DNA of 39,292 nt from Octopus bimaculoides (taxonomy: Eukaryota). How positions within the stretch are numbered: the stretch's first letter is position 1; each line of letters starts with the position of its first letter. Shown one piece after another: positions 35,496 to 39,292 of this stretch. The translations under genes and the position numbers were made by a program. The notes under the pieces were generated by a model that saw only the letters and a program-made list of their open reading frames with translations, did not search any database and was not told the origin of the DNA. Location of the stretch: contig NC_068995.1 of the NCBI RefSeq assembly GCF_001194135.2, positions 29,710,796-29,750,087 of the forward strand. Direction: 5' to 3'.

Positions 35496-35605
35496 ATCTT
35501 GTCTGATGCAGCAACAATTTTGCCAGCTTGCTGCATTATATATAGCTATATATTGATATGTATTTTACACACACACACATACACACACACACAATACATT
35601 ATACA

Positions 35606-35999
35606 TGTGTGGCTGCATGGTAAGAAGCTTGCTTCCCAACACATGGTTCCAGACTCAGTCCTACTGTGTGATACTATAGGTAGTGTCTTCTACTATAGCC
35701 TTGGGCCAACCAAAGCGTTGTGACTGGATTTAGTAGACAGAAACTGAAAGAAGTCTGTCATATATATATGTGTGTGTGTGTGTGTGTATCTATGTGTTTG
35801 TGTTTGTCCCAACACTGCTTGACAACTGGTGTTGGTGTATTTACATCCTTGCAACTTAGCAGTTCGACAAAAGGAACCAATAGAATAGGTTTAAAAAAAC
35901 AATGTCTTGGGATCAATCTGTTTGACTAAAATCCTTCAAGGCAGTGCTCCTGCATGGCCACAGTCTAATGATTGAAACAAGTAAAAGTATGAAAGAATA
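35606..35999 (+). mobile_element. Family-A SINE, near full length
   Basis: Head ggctgcatggtaagaagcttgcttcccaac, central microsatellite, tail acaagtaaaag. Confidence 0.88.
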
Positions 36000-36295
36000 T
36001 ATCATCATCATTTAACATCTGCCTTCCATGTTAGCATGGGTGGGACATGTATATATATAACACTGCAAAAATTATCACAGAATTATTATTCAGTTTCACG
36101 TTCACATTTGTTGTGATAAATACTGAATTAAAATTGGGATTGTACATGTAATATAATATTACGTGATATAATTCAAATTAACAAATAAGCATTTAAATTT
36201 GATTGGGTGGCTGGTTTTAAAACATAATGGTGTAATTCTCATTACAAGTTGGGTGGTAGGGGGATGTGAAAATTATAAATATAAAAACATATAAA

Positions 36296-36660
36296 AACAA
36301 GAGCACTCAGAAAGTGCAAACCTCTGCTAAGGCAACACCAACATCCTCTCAACCATTACTCAGAGATGATTTTTAAAATGAGAATATCTGAAATAAATTC
36401 AACTGCTCTCAGAAACAAGAATACTAAAAATGAACCTGACTGCTCTCAAAAATTAAGTAAAAAAACAGGAAAAATAATCCAGAATCCTTGTCCGGTACTG
36501 GATCGATCCCAAAATCTAACCAGTTTGTGCCAATCATGAGGCCAAACATCCCTGAAAGTTTCATATGAATCCATCAAGTGGTTCTTGAGATATCTTGTCC
36601 ATGGACAAACAAACATGACTGAAAACAACACCTCCACCTTCAGTGAGGTGGAGGTAATAA
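36296..36660 (+). mobile_element. Non-autonomous Helentron/HINE-like element
   Basis: 5' aacaagagcactcag..cctctgctaagg. 3' subterminal hairpin ACCTCCACCT-tcagtg-AGGTGGAGGT (36630-36655). Internal gaaagtttcat..aatccatc motif. Confidence 0.6.
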
Positions 36661-36876
36661 AAATTATTATAAGATCACAGAAAAACCTTGTGTGGAATAG
36701 GTGGGAATGTCCAAAAATAAATGATTAATAATCAATAATGAGAGCGAAAGAATGAAATTGTGTGCTGGATAAATAAATGGAAAGTTACATTAACAAATTC
36801 GCAGCATACAAATAAATATATGCCTACGTAAAAACATATTTGAGCATATATACTTACATATATATATAGATACATA

Positions 36877-37310
36877 CAGGAGTTGGACAAAATAATGGAA
36901 ACACCTTAAAATTTCAAAGAAATTTATTTTAATATGGGGTAGGACCACTTTTGGCAGTAAATACAGCTTGAATTCTACAAGGTACGAACTCGTACGAAGT
37001 TTGAATTGTTTCCAAAGGAAATTTTGTCCATTCTTCAACTAAAACAGATTCCAGTTCTTGTAGTGATGATGGTGGGGGATATTGATTCTTTACTTGTTTT
37101 TCGAAAATGCACCATAAATGTTCAATGATATTGAGATCTGGGGACTGTGGTGGCCAGATAAGATGTTCAACTTCACTAGAATGTTACTTGTGCATTTCAG
37201 TAACAACTTTAGCTGTGTGAATTGGTGCATTATCATCCTGAAACAGTTCCGCAACCATAGGATGAAATTGATCAGATAAAATGCTTAAATAGTCTTGACT
37301 ATTAACTCTG
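36877..37310 (-). mobile_element. Tc1-like transposon 3' fragment
   Basis: FQDDNAPIHTAK..WPPQSPDLNIIEHLW..GPTPY*, then TA-flanked terminus caggagttggacaaaataatggaaaca. Confidence 0.85.
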
Positions 37311-37399
37311 CTATTAAGGGAAACCATTGGGCTGGCAGATCAATGCCTTTATGTGTGTTCGTGTGTTACTTAGAGACTCGAAAACTACTGCACTGATCC

Positions 37400-37910
37400 T
37401 AATGAAATTTGGAGCACAAAATCCAAGCCTAGGGAGAAGGGTAATGCTGTATGTTTCATACAGTTTCAATGGACCAAAATTACTGAATGGATTCTTATGA
37501 TATTTGGAACTTAGATTCAATGCATAAGGGCTGGTATAATGCAGTATGTTTGGTTTGAATTTGAGGTGGCTTAAAGGGGGCAGAACCCCCCATGAAAATT
37601 CATAAATTTCTGATGTCGATGAAATTTCAATCATAGGTAATTGACACACATCAAGAAGTATTCCTAAAGTTTCTACTTCTTGTGAGGATTCTAAGACCCC
37701 TTAATGGGGGCTTTAACACCCAAATTTTCGTCATTTTTTATGATCAAAAGTACTGAATGGATCTTTATGAAATTTGGAAATTGTATTCTATGCATGACGA
37801 CAGATGTAATGCAGTAATGCTTGAAAGGGAGGGGGCATAAATGAGGCCATAACCCCCATGAAAATTCATATATTTTTGCTGTTGATGAAATTTTAACCAT
37901 ATTTGGTTGT
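37400..37910. repeat. Degenerate direct duplication (about 300-bp period), possibly Helitron-related
   Basis: tactgaatggat..tatga.atttggaa..cccccatgaaaattcata..gatgaaattt occurs twice. Confidence 0.6.
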
Positions 37911-38125
37911 GATAACCAATGAGGGAATGAACATATCCATCTCAAGTGTGTATATTTTGTCTTGCTTTTTCCATCTGTTATTCATCATTCTCCTGTGCTA
38001 TATTTCTATTATTATTTTTTTTAATTACACACACACATGTATATATATATGGTGTTTGTAAATCAAAATCTTGTGATTGTGCTACCATTACAATCTTCCT
38101 CATCATCATTACTTTCTTGTTTCAG

Positions 38126-38246
38126 TGGGATGATAAATTCATTTATCTCATCATGGAGTATTGCATTGGTGGAGACTTATCACACTTCTTGAGAAAGAAG
38201 AGAGCTTTGCCAGAACTTGCTGTACGTCGGTTCCTGCAACAAATAG
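38126..38246 (+). CDS. ULK3: ULK3 coding exon 3 (WDDKFIYLIMEYCIGGDLSHFLRKKRALPELAVRRFLQQI)
   Basis: tttcttgtttcag| acceptor, G|gtaatt donor, 121 nt, phase 0/1. Hinge IMEYC.GGDL. Gene continues beyond the window. Confidence 0.95.
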
Positions 38247-38984
38247 GTAATTCATTCATTTTTATTTTCTACCTCCTTATTTTATATTTTTGGTTGATGA
38301 ACAGAGAGAAAGAGAGGGCGAGGTAGGGACAGTGAGAGAAACAGAGAGAGACAGAAAGAGATAAAGAGATGGAGAAAGAGAAAAGGAAAGGAGAGGAGAT
38401 GGTGGTGAAGATCTACGAGGGTGTACCTTCAAGGAATATGGAGGTGAATGTAAGTGGAGTGATACACAGGATTGGACAAGGTGAGTGAGCAGAAAGTTCA
38501 CGAGAGAGGAAGAGGATAGTAAAAGATAGAAAGGAGGGGAAGGGGAATGTGTACGCATGCACACACACACACACACACACACAGTTATAGGGTGGTACAA
38601 TAAAAAAAGATCCTGGTACAGGAAGTAGTAAGCATCAAACATATGCACAGCCTGCATAAATAATAAAAAGCAGATAATATGCAATAAACAAAGTTTAATA
38701 ACTGGGGTGTGTTATGCACTTTGTTCCATATTGAAATTGATGGAAATTTCAATAAGTTGACAGCCATCATGCAACTCATGGTTTAGAGGCTGAGTGGACA
38801 AAACAGAGCAAGGGAGGTAATGTGTCTGAGAAGCAAGGCAATAAAGCAAGAACTTTAGTGCTGAAGTGATAGTAAAAGATATATAGAATAAAACAAAAAT
38901 TAAGAACTATATGATTAGGCATGACAGCTAAGATAGGTAATTTAAAGTAACACTCAGTAGAGACTACCACACATAAAACATAGA

Positions 38985-39064
38985 TAGATAGATAGATAGA
39001 TAGACAGATAGATGGATAGAGAGAGAGAGAGAGAGATTTGTATATCTATATATTTATGTATGTT

Positions 39065-39103
<39 letters not shown>

Positions 39104-39120
39104 TTATATGTATGTATATA
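38985..39120. repeat. (GATA)n/(GA)n/(TA)n/(GT)n microsatellite cluster
   Basis: Directly visible. Confidence 0.95.
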
Positions 39121-39130
39121 TATTTGTATT

Positions 39131-39292
39131 ATCATCATCATCATCATCATCGTTTAACGTCCGCTTTCCATGCTAGCATGGGTTGGACGATTTGACTGAG
39201 GACTGGTGAAACCGGATGGCAACACCAGGCTCCAATCTAATTTGGCAGAGTTTCTACAGCTGGATGCCCTTCCTAACGCCAACCACTCAGAG
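39131..39292 (-). mobile_element. RTE LINE 3' end with (CAT)n tail, runs off the window
   Basis: Reverse complement of 27170-27323. Confidence 0.88.

Noticed and set aside
37946-38326. 126-aa ORF containing kinase sequence
   Set aside because: Only 38126-38246 is exon; the rest is intronic read-through.
39190-39220. CUGAGGA-CUGGU-GAAA in the RTE tail
   Set aside because: No stem II or NUH/stem I pairing; not a hammerhead.

Overview
Eukaryotic, repeat-dense draft-assembly DNA with eight N-gaps. The SINE/RTE repeat families and microsatellites look like an octopus-type cephalopod genome (inference from recalled repeat families). The only host gene I can support is the 5' part of ULK3 (Ser/Thr kinase, + strand): three coding exons at 10408-10512, 34648-34788 and 38126-38246, with a 24.1-kb first intron. 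Most of the rest is transposon-derived: Penelope-like elements (PLE), Ty3/Gypsy relics, RTE and HERO-like LINE relics, mariner/Tc1, hAT, a Merlin-like element, a Helentron-like element and tRNA-derived SINEs. The most striking unannotated signal is four type-I hammerhead ribozyme motifs in the 10 kb upstream of ULK3: 258-302(-), 6820-6866(+), 8668-8742(+) and 9115-9159(-). They represent at least three architectures and are probably PLE/retrozyme-derived. Also notable: a 1.74-kb LTR element whose gag N-terminus is fused in frame to a DDE integrase, with no PR/RT/RNase H.
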